Source of the DNA: a virus
Taxonomy: Duplodnaviria; Caudoviricetes
Virus record (IMG/VR): IMGVR_UViG_3300020045_019965
Coordinates: 1 to 24,228 of that record
DNA: 24,228 bases
Reading direction: 5' to 3' (one strand)
Part shown: positions 7,535 through 15,145 of the stretch, in pieces
Numbering within the stretch: the stretch's first letter is position 1
Layout: every line of letters begins with the position of its first letter
Position numbers and translations under genes: made by a program
Notes under the pieces: model-generated
Database searches by the model: none
What the model saw: the letters and a program-made list of their open reading frames with translations, nothing else
What the model was told of the DNA's origin: nothing

Positions 7535-10500
7535 TGGTTAAGTTTTCCGTTTTGTTTTGAGGCCGCAAGGTCTGCTGCCAGTTTGTTTTGTCGCTCCAGG
7601 TCTTCATAACCGTATATGATCACGGGCGATACCGGGTTTTGAAGGTGTACAGCAATCGCTGACAGCATCGCTTTAAGCTCAGGATCTGCACCGGAATTAC
7701 CGGAATTATCGGAATTGATTGGAATTTGCTGAAATCCGTTGGAATTTTCAGGGCTTTCAGCCTTACCTGTGCGCACGCCTTCCAGCCATTCGGCGGTACG
7801 CGCTACAGCGGGCTGTGCCATCATTTTAGCCGGAATAACATACTCGTTAGGGTGAAACTCACTAACCTGCGCTACACCGCCATACTCATCCGGGTACTGC
7901 ACATTGCTGCCGGTGTAGCCGCCGTAAAAGAATTTGGCTTTTTTGGGCGCTTTAGTTTCGCTAATTTTTTTAAGCGATGCCGTGGTGCTTAATACTGCAG
8001 CAGCTATAGCGGCCGTCATGGCAAAACCACCGTCAAATTTTGGGTACTGGGCAAGGATGGAGGTAACGGCAAGGGCACCGTTAATAAGTGCCTGGGCAAA
8101 GGCCAGTTCTTTAGACTGCCCAAACAATTCACCCACTGCACCGGCAAGGCCATTAAGGGCGGAAAGCGACTGCTGTGTTTTTTCGAGCTCGCGGGCTTTT
8201 TCATCGGCCTTTTGCTTTTTATCCATAGCCTCAATAAAGCGGCTATACTGGTCGTACGTTATTTTTTTATCCTGGTACAGTTTATCGTACTGGGCCTTCT
8301 CATCTTTATAGGCCTGTTCCCGGCGCAGGCGCTCTTCTTCTTCTTTACTGGTGGCCTCAGCTATAGACAGATCATAACTAATCTGAGCCTGCTCTGCATC
8401 CCGCGCTTTTTCCTGCGCAGTATATTGTTTTTTTAATTCTTCAGTCTCTTTTGTGAATTCAATATCAGCGTTTTGCTTCGCCGTAAGATATTCGATGTCA
8501 GCCACACTGAGTTCGATATTCCCTTCCTTTTTAATAGCTATTACACCATCATTGGTCTGTTTTTCGATAGCCAACTCCTGTATTTTAGCCTGTTTAATAC
8601 CCTCGAGACGTTTTACCTCTTCTTCAACTGCCACAGAAGTAAGCTCTTTGTCCTTATCAATCTTAGTAGTATGTGCAGAAATATAGTAATCAAGATTTGC
8701 TTTAGCCAGAGATATTGTTTTTTCAAGGGCTTTTTTGGCTGCCTCCTCACGGTCTTTTTCTAATTTTTCAGCGGCTTCCTTAGATTTTTTGCCATACTCA
8801 TACTGCAATTTCAGGAGATTATTTGTAGCTTCTTCATATTTATCTACATCATCCTTATATAGCTGCTGCTGAAGTTTGTAAATCTGGCTTTCTACGTTAT
8901 AAGTATCTTGCCCCATAGCTTCGCGGCGATTTTTTGTATAGCTAAGCTGTTTAAGCTGATTTTCTAAAGTAGCGTTTAAAACTTCATTGTTAGCTTCCTT
9001 CTCTTTACTATCGACCTTTGTTGCTTCTGTAGCTGCACGTTGCTCCTCTGTCTGTACTCCAAGCGCCTGAGACATGAGATCAAGTGATTTGTTTGCCTCA
9101 TCGAGTTTAACTTTGTTAGACTTGGTCATGTTCTCAAAGCTCTTTAATTGTGCAATTAACCCCTGTACTTTTCGCAACTCAGAAGTGCGAAATAAACCGC
9201 CCAGTTGACGGGTGTTAATTTCTTTTTCTACATCTCCGGCTGATTTTTTAAGGTTATTAAAATCTATAACCGTCTGTAGGTTGTATTTTGCTTTAAGCTC
9301 TGTAAGGTTTTTAAATAAAGCGACAATCGAAGCTGCACGCGCTGCCTCAAACTCAGCGTAATCATTAGCTTTTCCCTGAACCTTTTCGGCTTCTTTTTGT
9401 AAAATTATGCGTTTAATATATTGGTCATTAACTTTGATAAGTTCCTTGTTTAAGTCTGAATTAGAGACTGTCTCAACATCAATATTTCCAATAAAATCAG
9501 GATATTCTTCTTTCAGCTGTATCAATAAGCGTTTTCGTTCTTCATTACTCGTATTTGTGGATGTAATTTTTGAAACCAGCTGGTTAAGTGATACCTGCTC
9601 ATCAAATAACTCATCTGATAACTGACGCGTAGGTGTCAGTAAATTAATCATAGCCGTGCCCATATCTATAAACCCTTTAATAGCCTTGCCTATAGGACCG
9701 TCGCCCTTTTCAATGCTTAGTATAAAACCTTCCCAAGCACCAGAAAAACCATCAATAGATCCTTTGATGCTGTTCATTTTTTCTTTAGCAAGTTTTTCGG
9801 CGCTACCAGCGCTATTTTCAAGTGCTTTAGTGTTTGCGTTAATTTTTTCGGAACTGTTAGCCAGAATAACTGCTACGGTAGCATTTTCCTTTCCGAAAAT
9901 TTCTGTTGCCGTAGATGTCTGATTCGTGCTATTCTTAACCTTATCCAGCATTTCCTGATACGGTTTACCCGCCTGGGCACTGGTAAGCAAAATATTCCTG
10001 AAACCTGTACCCGCAGTCTCGGCCGCTATGTTTTGATCTGCTAACGTGCCCAGAACCGCATTAAGTTCTTCAAACTTTATCTTTTCCTGTGCTGCTACAG
10101 CTGATACTTTAGGCAACGCAGTGCTAAGCGATTCAAAACTTGTGGCAGAAACATTGACCGAGTTAGCCATAATGTCGCTATAGCGTTGTGCCTGGCTTGC
10201 ATTTTCACTATAGGAATTAAGTTGCCCACCTACAAGCTCGGCCGCCTCGCCAAGTCCCGACTCTAAGGCGGTGGCGCTATTTAATATAGCACCGGTCATT
10301 TTTCGTATTTCGGGCTCAGTTTTACCCAGGCGCGCCAGCTCTGTTTGCAGTTCGCTTACCTCGGTAGCGCTGTAGGCTGTAGAGGCACCGTATTTTATAG
10401 CATCGTATGTTAGGTTACGTATCTGGGTACGGCTTTTGCCCATGATAGCCGCAAGGTCTGCCTGCTTTTGGTTGAAGTTTACCACCGTATTAAACGCGTC

Positions 10501-11400
10501 GCTTATAGCAGATTTAAAACTATCAACAGCGCCCTCAATAGAGAATGCCACCAACATGCCCGATGCAACTGGTCCAAGAGCTTCTTTAATACTGTCTAAA
10601 ATGCCAGGTGTACCTTCTATGGCTTCTTGTAGTTGCCCATGTTGTTGCGTTAATGCCGCTTCTTGTGCGTGCAGACGGACCAACTCTTCTCGGTAATTTG
10701 CCGAAGTGCTATCAAGTTCCCGGAGTTCTTTTTGTACCCCCTGCATTTCGAGTTCTACCCCGGCCAGACTGTTTTTCGATACTTGGTTAAGTCTTGTGGC
10801 CTCCTGGACATTATCGTTATATTCTTTCTGCTTTACATCAAGGGAAGCATATTCTTTACGCAGGCCTTCCATTCGTTCCTGATACTCAGCAGAAGTAGCA
10901 TCAAGCAAAGTCATTTCCTTTTTTACCTCTTCCATCCGAGCAGTCACACCTGCAAGGCTGTTTGCAGAAACTTCATCTTGCTGTGCCTGGGTATTTATAT
11001 TTTGTGAATATTGTTTTTGCTTATCAGAAAGTTCAACATATTCATTTTTAAGAACTTCAAGGCTTTGATTATAATCATCAGTCGAAGCATCCAGCTGGCG
11101 TAGCTCTTTTTCTACCGCTTTCATACGAACTTCTACACCTTGAAGGCTATTTTTTGCTATGCCAAGAGAACTGTTTGTGCCATTGATCTCATCTTTATAA
11201 TAAGATTGTTTCGTGGTCAGCTGGGCAAGGGTATCTTTCAACACCTCCATTTTAGTATCATAATCTTCAGTGCCCCTTACGAGCGCATTCATTTGCGCGC
11301 GGGTACTGCCTATTGCCTTTGTTATGCCAGACATGGAATTAACAACCTCAGTGTCGTTGATGTATATGGAAAGCCTGCGGGTTACATTATCGTTAGCCAT
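7531..11400 (-). CDS. Tail tape measure protein (TP901-type core), 1289 aa
   Basis: Long helical/coiled-coil protein with the core FNQKQADLAAIMG...GASTAYSATEVSELQTELARLG...AGTGFRNIL...GSAEKLAKEKMNSIKG. It has a C-terminal FFYGGYTG...HPNEYVIP motif. Confidence 0.93.
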   Translation of the reverse strand: MANDNVTRRLSIYINDTEVVNSMSGITKAIGSTRAQMNALVRGTEDYDTKMEVLKDTLAQLTTKQSYYKDEINGTNSSLGIAKNSLQGVEVRMKAVEKELRQLDASTDDYNQSLEVLKNEYVELSDKQKQYSQNINTQAQQDEVSANSLAGVTARMEEVKKEMTLLDATSAEYQERMEGLRKEYASLDVKQKEYNDNVQEATRLNQVSKNSLAGVELEMQGVQKELRELDSTSANYREELVRLHAQEAALTQQHGQLQEAIEGTPGILDSIKEALGPVASGMLVAFSIEGAVDSFKSAISDAFNTVVNFNQKQADLAAIMGKSRTQIRNLTYDAIKYGASTAYSATEVSELQTELARLGKTEPEIRKMTGAILNSATALESGLGEAAELVGGQLNSYSENASQAQRYSDIMANSVNVSATSFESLSTALPKVSAVAAQEKIKFEELNAVLGTLADQNIAAETAGTGFRNILLTSAQAGKPYQEMLDKVKNSTNQTSTATEIFGKENATVAVILANSSEKINANTKALENSAGSAEKLAKEKMNSIKGSIDGFSGAWEGFILSIEKGDGPIGKAIKGFIDMGTAMINLLTPTRQLSDELFDEQVSLNQLVSKITSTNTSNEERKRLLIQLKEEYPDFIGNIDVETVSNSDLNKELIKVNDQYIKRIILQKEAEKVQGKANDYAEFEAARAASIVALFKNLTELKAKYNLQTVIDFNNLKKSAGDVEKEINTRQLGGLFRTSELRKVQGLIAQLKSFENMTKSNKVKLDEANKSLDLMSQALGVQTEEQRAATEATKVDSKEKEANNEVLNATLENQLKQLSYTKNRREAMGQDTYNVESQIYKLQQQLYKDDVDKYEEATNNLLKLQYEYGKKSKEAAEKLEKDREEAAKKALEKTISLAKANLDYYISAHTTKIDKDKELTSVAVEEEVKRLEGIKQAKIQELAIEKQTNDGVIAIKKEGNIELSVADIEYLTAKQNADIEFTKETEELKKQYTAQEKARDAEQAQISYDLSIAEATSKEEEERLRREQAYKDEKAQYDKLYQDKKITYDQYSRFIEAMDKKQKADEKARELEKTQQSLSALNGLAGAVGELFGQSKELAFAQALINGALAVTSILAQYPKFDGGFAMTAAIAAAVLSTTASLKKISETKAPKKAKFFYGGYTGSNVQYPDEYGGVAQVSEFHPNEYVIPAKMMAQPAVARTAEWLEGVRTGKAESPENSNGFQQIPINSDNSGNSGADPELKAMLSAIAVHLQNPVSPVIIYGYEDLERQNKLAADLAASKQNGKLNQ
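10612..11340 (-). repeat. Four tandem 63-aa repeats in the TMP N-terminus
   Basis: Units start NSMSGI, NSLQGV, NSLAGV and NSLAGV at exact 63-residue spacing, with conserved L20, Y27, L34 and L41 in every unit. Confidence 0.85.
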
Positions 11401-11941
11401 TAATAAAACCTTTATCGTTAGTAGATGAGCCTAATGTGTAATTTATTCTGGATACGATCATTGCCGCCCGGATACCACCCACTTCATCAGCGAGGTCTTT
11501 TACAAACTTTCCGTTTTCTAATGCATCGTTTAAAAAATCTTTTTCTTTTACACGCGCACTAACACCTTTTTTTTTACTGCCCTCAAAACCATTATTAAGT
11601 ATGGGGAAAATATAATAAGGCACTGCTATGGTTAGGCTGTTTAAGAATCCGTTTACATATTGCGGCTTGACATTACTACGCAGGGCGAGGCCTGATCGTT
11701 TCTCTGTTTTTCTCCTTATAGAGGCTATAAGATTTGTTCGAAGCCTATAGGCAAAAGATGTTCCTATCCGAGCATCATCTGGATTTGCTTTTCCTGTAGA
11801 TACAAGAGTGTCTATTTTTTTTACTACAGCCCTAACCGTTAGTGGTTTTGTCCTGCCTTGGTACTCTTTAAGGGTTATACCGGCTCGCTTAGCAAAGTAA
11901 GCATCTGCCGCGCTATTTGTGTTTCTACCAGCCATGTGCAT
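11393..11941 (-). CDS. Hypothetical basic phage structural protein upstream of TMP (182 aa)
   Basis: ORF overlaps the TMP start and is preceded by the TGTCCTA promoter motif. It may be a neck or tail-completion protein (positional inference). Confidence 0.7.
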   Translation of the reverse strand: MHMAGRNTNSAADAYFAKRAGITLKEYQGRTKPLTVRAVVKKIDTLVSTGKANPDDARIGTSFAYRLRTNLIASIRRKTEKRSGLALRSNVKPQYVNGFLNSLTIAVPYYIFPILNNGFEGSKKKGVSARVKEKDFLNDALENGKFVKDLADEVGGIRAAMIVSRINYTLGSSTNDKGFING

Positions 11942-11951
11942 TATTTTTATG

Positions 11952-11987
11952 CTAAGGTACTGGCGTGGCGAGGGGTAAAATAGGACA
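11952..11987 (-). promoter_or_regulatory. Late-promoter motif copy 1 (TGTCCTA-N21-TACCTTAG)
   Basis: Same heptamer and 21-bp spacer as four other sites; lies upstream of the TMP operon. Confidence 0.75.
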
Positions 11988-11988
11988 T

Positions 11989-12014
11989 AAAAAAAACCAC
12001 CGCATGGGTGGTTT
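11989..12014 (-). terminator. Intrinsic terminator after the DUF4468-like gene
   Basis: AAACCACC/GGTGGTTT stem with a 5-nt loop, running into a T-tract on the - strand. Confidence 0.8.
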
Positions 12015-12043
12015 AATGAGAGTATCGTAAGAAAAAAGATATT

Positions 12044-12574
12044 TTACCAATTAGATTTTTGTTTTGGAGCATTCATAGCTTCGGCGATTGATTTTTTGAG
12101 TGATTCAATAGCTGCCAAAGTTTTTTCTTTATACGTTTCGTTTATACTTCTGGGCTTTCCGTTTTTTTTATAATAAGCCTCTTCACTAAACCAGTCAGAT
12201 GCGGGGAAGTTTCCATATTGCCCCGGGTAGGTGATGTCATAAATCTCATATTTATATCTACCATCCTTTGCTTGTATCTTTATTGAAAAGCTCATGGTAA
12301 TGTTTGTGAGCAACACGGTAAAATTAGTGTTACCCTTGCCTATTATTGTGCCCGTATCTTTGTCTTCCATCTCAATAACATTCTTAGCAGACTTAAAATT
12401 GTTTGCGAAAAATATTTTGGCACGGGCATAAAGCTCTGCCTGGCTTACGCTGTCTACAGCTACGACCTGATTAAAATTAATTGCCCCAGCTTCATCTACA
12501 GGAAAATCTTTAATAATCTGCGCATTTAAAGCACACATAAAAAACAACAGAACGAGTGTAGTAATTTGTTTCAT
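12044..12574 (-). CDS. Secreted DUF4468-like protein (moron)
   Basis: Signal peptide MKQITTLVLLFFMCALNAQ, followed by ELYARAKIFF..NFKSAKNVIEMEDKDTGTIIGKG and IKIQAKDGRYKYEIYDI, the DUF4468 pattern. It has its own terminator. Confidence 0.75.
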   Translation of the reverse strand: MKQITTLVLLFFMCALNAQIIKDFPVDEAGAINFNQVVAVDSVSQAELYARAKIFFANNFKSAKNVIEMEDKDTGTIIGKGNTNFTVLLTNITMSFSIKIQAKDGRYKYEIYDITYPGQYGNFPASDWFSEEAYYKKNGKPRSINETYKEKTLAAIESLKKSIAEAMNAPKQKSNW

Positions 12575-12607
12575 AATAAAATATTGATTTGTGGTTAAAA
12601 TTAAAGG

Positions 12608-12715
12608 TTACCAGCGCTTATTGCGGTGCCTGTATATGGCATCTCTAATGTAGAGCCCGGCAATGCACGCGCAAATGGCGGCGGGTATGGTTATGTAAAG
12701 GGGTAAATCGTTCAT
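12608..12715 (-). CDS. 35-aa single-pass membrane peptide (not in ORF track)
   Basis: MNDLPLYITIPAAICACIAGLYIRDAIYRHRNKRW*. The ATG lies 1 nt after the stop of the 68-aa gene; hydrophobic stretch followed by a basic tail. Confidence 0.6.
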   Translation of the reverse strand: MNDLPLYITIPAAICACIAGLYIRDAIYRHRNKRW

Positions 12716-12716
12716 G

Positions 12717-12923
12717 CTACTGCTTTTTTATCCGTTCCCTAAACGGATATTCTTTATTTAGATCAGTAATATACCGGCTTAGCCCGTCTTTATTTTGCAG
12801 CACATCGTTTAATGTAATGGTGCCGCGATCATCAGACAGGTATTTGTGCAGCAGGTCTTCATATTCTTTTATCCGGGCTTTTAATGCTGCATCTACAGCC
12901 TCGGCATCGTATTCTTTTTTCAT
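12717..12923 (-). CDS. Hypothetical protein (68 aa, moron)
   Basis: ATG-started ORF preceded by a -7-like TACCTTTA (12950-12943) just downstream of a terminator. Confidence 0.65.
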   Translation of the reverse strand: MKKEYDAEAVDAALKARIKEYEDLLHKYLSDDRGTITLNDVLQNKDGLSRYITDLNKEYPFRERIKKQ

Positions 12924-12952
12924 TGCGTTGTTAATGTGCTGTTAAAGGTAAT

Positions 12953-12984
12953 AAAAAACCGCCCCTACTAAAAGCAGGGGCGGC
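12953..12984 (-). terminator. Intrinsic terminator after the 93-aa gene
   Basis: CCGCCCCT/AGGGGCGG stem followed by T6 on the - strand. Confidence 0.8.
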
Positions 12985-13025
12985 AAAAAAGACAAACACA
13001 ATAAACAAACAAACATGAAAAAAAA

Positions 13026-13307
13026 TTACTCCTTTAACCTGGCAGCGAGGTGTGCTTTTATAAATATATCTTTCCTGATATCACGGTCGTAATTATAAGG
13101 CTTTGCCGGGGCAGGGCTTATTTCGCGTTTACCAGCCTGCGGGTTTGTGGGCGCATAGGTAATATACACATCAATAACAATCGGAGCTGGCGGAGAAAAT
13201 ATTCGCACCACGGGGTAAGGTTGTACTTTATCTGCTGCAGCAGCGTTGCAGATGCCTAAAGACAAAAAGAAGAGTACCAGCGGTACCAAAAACTTAAATA
13301 ATTTCAT
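13026..13307 (-). CDS. Small secreted Pro-rich protein (93 aa)
   Basis: Signal peptide MKLFKFLVPLVLFFLSLGICNAAAA; has its own TGTCCTA promoter and terminator. Confidence 0.7.
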   Translation of the reverse strand: MKLFKFLVPLVLFFLSLGICNAAAADKVQPYPVVRIFSPPAPIVIDVYITYAPTNPQAGKREISPAPAKPYNYDRDIRKDIFIKAHLAARLKE

Positions 13308-13337
13308 GGTAATATTTTATATTAATTAATGTGATTA

Positions 13338-13373
13338 CAAACATAGAGGGAAGTGACTAACTGCTGTAGGACA
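13338..13373 (-). promoter_or_regulatory. Late-promoter motif copy 2 (TGTCCTA-N21-TATGTTTG)
   Basis: Heptamer at 13373-13367, 21-bp spacer, perfect TAnnTTTG at 13345-13338. Confidence 0.75.
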
Positions 13374-13401
13374 CGATTTTATGTTTGTAACTTGTTTAAG
13401 G

Positions 13402-13434
13402 TTTGTTAAACCTGCGGATATTTTTGTAAATTTG
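13402..13434 (+). promoter_or_regulatory. Host-type (Bacteroidetes primary sigma) promoter, antisense to the late operon
   Basis: TTTG (13402-13405) - 21 bp - TAAATTTG (13427-13434) matches the -33/-7 consensus. Confidence 0.75.
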
Positions 13435-13437
13435 CAG

Positions 13438-13766
13438 TATCAACTTGTTACCATACCCACAGTAGGTATATTAAGCTAGTGAATTTTGATAGGAGTTCCT
13501 GACTAGAACTACTTAGCAAATAACTAAATTAAATATGAAGATAATTAAACAACTCCCTCGAGTTCGAAAGAAATCGTAGCTTCATTAGCTTAAAAAGATA
13601 AACCCCCCGCTATCCTGATAACGGGGGGTTTTAGTTGCCACGTAGTGGGGCAGCGGCGGGAGGTAAGCGCAAGCGTAGCCTTTTAGAGCCATACGGCAAA
13701 GTCCGAAAGGACGCTTTAACCACGCTTGCCATCTAATACTTACTGCAGATGGATACCAAGTTGATA
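13438..13766 (+). ncRNA. Candidate large structured RNA / regulatory leader of unknown family
   Basis: Closing stem TATCAACTTG (13438-13447) / CAAGTTGATA (13757-13766). Further stems: 13471-13483/13581-13593 (13 bp), GGAGTT/AACTCC, 13600-13609/13622-13631 (10 bp), GTTGCC/GGCAGC and GGCAA/TTGCC. GNRA hairpins GC-GCAA-GC (13667-13674) and GTCC-GAAA-GGAC (13701-13712). Confidence 0.65.
13535..13579 (+). CDS. Possible 14-aa leader peptide (uORF)
   Basis: MKIIKQLPRVRKKS* preceded by an A/T-rich Bacteroidetes-type initiation region; lies inside the loop closed by the 13-bp stem. Confidence 0.3.
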   Translation: MKIIKQLPRVRKKS

Positions 13767-13874
13767 GACGGGGTTCCTCACCAGCTAATATTCCGCACTT
13801 CACGCCTAGTCAACGGGAAAAGGATATATGCGAGGCCCGGTTCTGCTTTCCCTATTTGGGTACCTATAGTATAA
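13749..13874 (+). CDS. 41-aa basic small protein (not in ORF track)
   Basis: MDTKLIDGVPHQLIFRTSRLVNGKRIYARPGSAFPIWVPIV* fills the space between the structured RNA and the terminator. It has a protein-like beta-hairpin pattern (LVNGKRIY). Confidence 0.55.
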   Translation: MDTKLIDGVPHQLIFRTSRLVNGKRIYARPGSAFPIWVPIV

Positions 13875-13899
13875 CCGAAAAACAAAACTTTTAGTTTAT

Positions 13900-13927
13900 A
13901 GCGAGTTTTCAGGGGCTCGCTTTTTTT
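13900..13927 (+). terminator. Intrinsic terminator of the antisense unit
   Basis: AGCGAG/CTCGCT stem, extendable by G-U pairs on the + strand, followed by a T-tract. Confidence 0.8.
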
Positions 13928-14423
13928 ATAGCACCGCGCTAAAATCCCACTTGTCGGCCTCAAAGCACAGTGGCTGGTTGCTTTTTAGGGTATACAGTAT
14001 ATTCCATCCATACATATTATCAAACCATGGTCCGAATTTTTCAAGCTTTACGCTGTCTACATCAAACAGGCCGTAAAGCCAGTGCGCGGGATCTTTGCGG
14101 TATTTTTCTAACAGGGTTATAATATCAAGGGCTATGCCCTCCAGTCTGCTTAGCACTTCTTCCTGCGCATCATAATCATCTGACGCACCGGTAAAGTCGA
14201 GCAACAAAAATGAAATATCCCGCGCGTTCCAGTGCGTGGTTTTATTAGCGTTTCGGCTTAACTGTGCGCTGTAGCTTTCGAGCATAAGCACCGGCGTGTT
14301 TACGCCACCGCGAAACTGGCTGGTAAGTTCTTCCATATCGAACCGGTAAAAGCCATTAATGCCCTTATGCCAGGTGGCAATATCTTTATGTAACCGGGTA
14401 ACGTTAGCGTGTGTTATGCTCAT
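13926..14423 (-). CDS. Phage structural protein, possibly tail terminator/completion-like (165 aa)
   Basis: In the late operon with a 4-nt overlap to the upstream gene. Acidic alpha/beta pattern with GPWFDNMYGW. Function is positional inference. Confidence 0.65.
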   Translation of the reverse strand: MSITHANVTRLHKDIATWHKGINGFYRFDMEELTSQFRGGVNTPVLMLESYSAQLSRNANKTTHWNARDISFLLLDFTGASDDYDAQEEVLSRLEGIALDIITLLEKYRKDPAHWLYGLFDVDSVKLEKFGPWFDNMYGWNILYTLKSNQPLCFEADKWDFSAVL

Positions 14424-15145
14424 GGCCTGCGGGTTTGTTTTTTATTTAGCGGATTGAGGTTGTCGTTAAACTCTTCCAGAAAGGTGTAGATATTTGTTTT
14501 TAGTGTAATGTTGTGTGCGCCAAATTTACCGCCAGCCATTTCCAGTATCACCTTGCCAAAACCTTGTTTAGGGCCCGATACCTTTTTTCCCGATGGCTTA
14601 AAGGCGTGTTTAAAACGCTTAACGATGGCGTTCTTACTTCCAAAATAAGCAGCCTCTATAGCCAGCAGGGTTTTAAGCGGGGTTTTAGCAAAACGTTTGG
14701 CGCGGGCATCAAGTTCAAAACGATCAAAGGTTTCGCCCTTACCGGGGTATAGCACGGCCGCAAGGTATTGCAGGGCATTACGATGCTTTTCTTTAAACCA
14801 GATGGCGTGAAGGTCTTCCGCTGCAGCAAACTCTTCAGCGGTAATATTAGCCAGGGCGCGGTAGGGTGCACGGCCTTTTATTGCAGGGAACAGTGTACGG
14901 TTATTTTCTTTATACACAAATGGGTAATGCTGGCGCAGCTCGCTTATGGGCACCTCTTTTAAAATGCGCATGGCGCGGTAGTTTTTGCGCCAGGTATACC
15001 AGCGGCACCCCATAAGGATAAGGAAAACGCGTATGTGGAATGCCGCACCTACTTCAACGGTATGAAAAAGCAGTGCCAGCTCCTGAAGCTGCACATCTGT
15101 AAGCGTATCCCACGAAGTAGGCAGTTTTATTTTAAGAGTTTTCAT
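14420..15145 (-). CDS. Conserved hypothetical phage protein (241 aa), possibly tail-assembly related
   Basis: Likely start is MKTLKIKLPTSWDTLT (ATG 15145), overlapping the spanin end. The LP.SW..LT..QL and LANITAEEF..AE motifs resemble Bacteroidetes prophage late genes. Confidence 0.7.
   Translation of the reverse strand: MKTLKIKLPTSWDTLTDVQLQELALLFHTVEVGAAFHIRVFLILMGCRWYTWRKNYRAMRILKEVPISELRQHYPFVYKENNRTLFPAIKGRAPYRALANITAEEFAAAEDLHAIWFKEKHRNALQYLAAVLYPGKGETFDRFELDARAKRFAKTPLKTLLAIEAAYFGSKNAIVKRFKHAFKPSGKKVSGPKQGFGKVILEMAGGKFGAHNITLKTNIYTFLEEFNDNLNPLNKKQTRRP

Noticed and set aside
11567-11575. A9 run (minus strand) upstream of TMP as a tail-chaperone -1 frameshift site
   Set aside because: The gene already runs in-frame into the TMP start, leaving no separate downstream frame; the run simply encodes KKK.
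13695-13720. GGCAAA-GTCC-GAAA-GGAC-GC resembles c-di-GMP-I riboswitch P2 and hammerhead stem II
   Set aside because: No GCAAAGC continuation or tetraloop-receptor P3, and no CUGANGA before or GAAA after the stem.
13438-13766. Retron msr-msd, DGR or RNase P interpretation of the structured RNA
   Set aside because: No reverse transcriptase in the window, no A-specific TR/VR repeat pair, and the AAAGTCCG / ACAAAAC segments cannot form RNase P helix P4.
13765-13783. TAGACGGGGTTCCTCACCA looks like a tmRNA/tRNA 3' end
   Set aside because: No T-loop (TTCGAnT), T-stem or matching acceptor 5' strand; it is better read as codons of the 41-aa ORF.
13585-13963. Minus-strand ORFs 13585..13803 and 13778..13963
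   Set aside because: Non-ATG starts, no protein-like features, and they overlap the better supported + strand structured unit.
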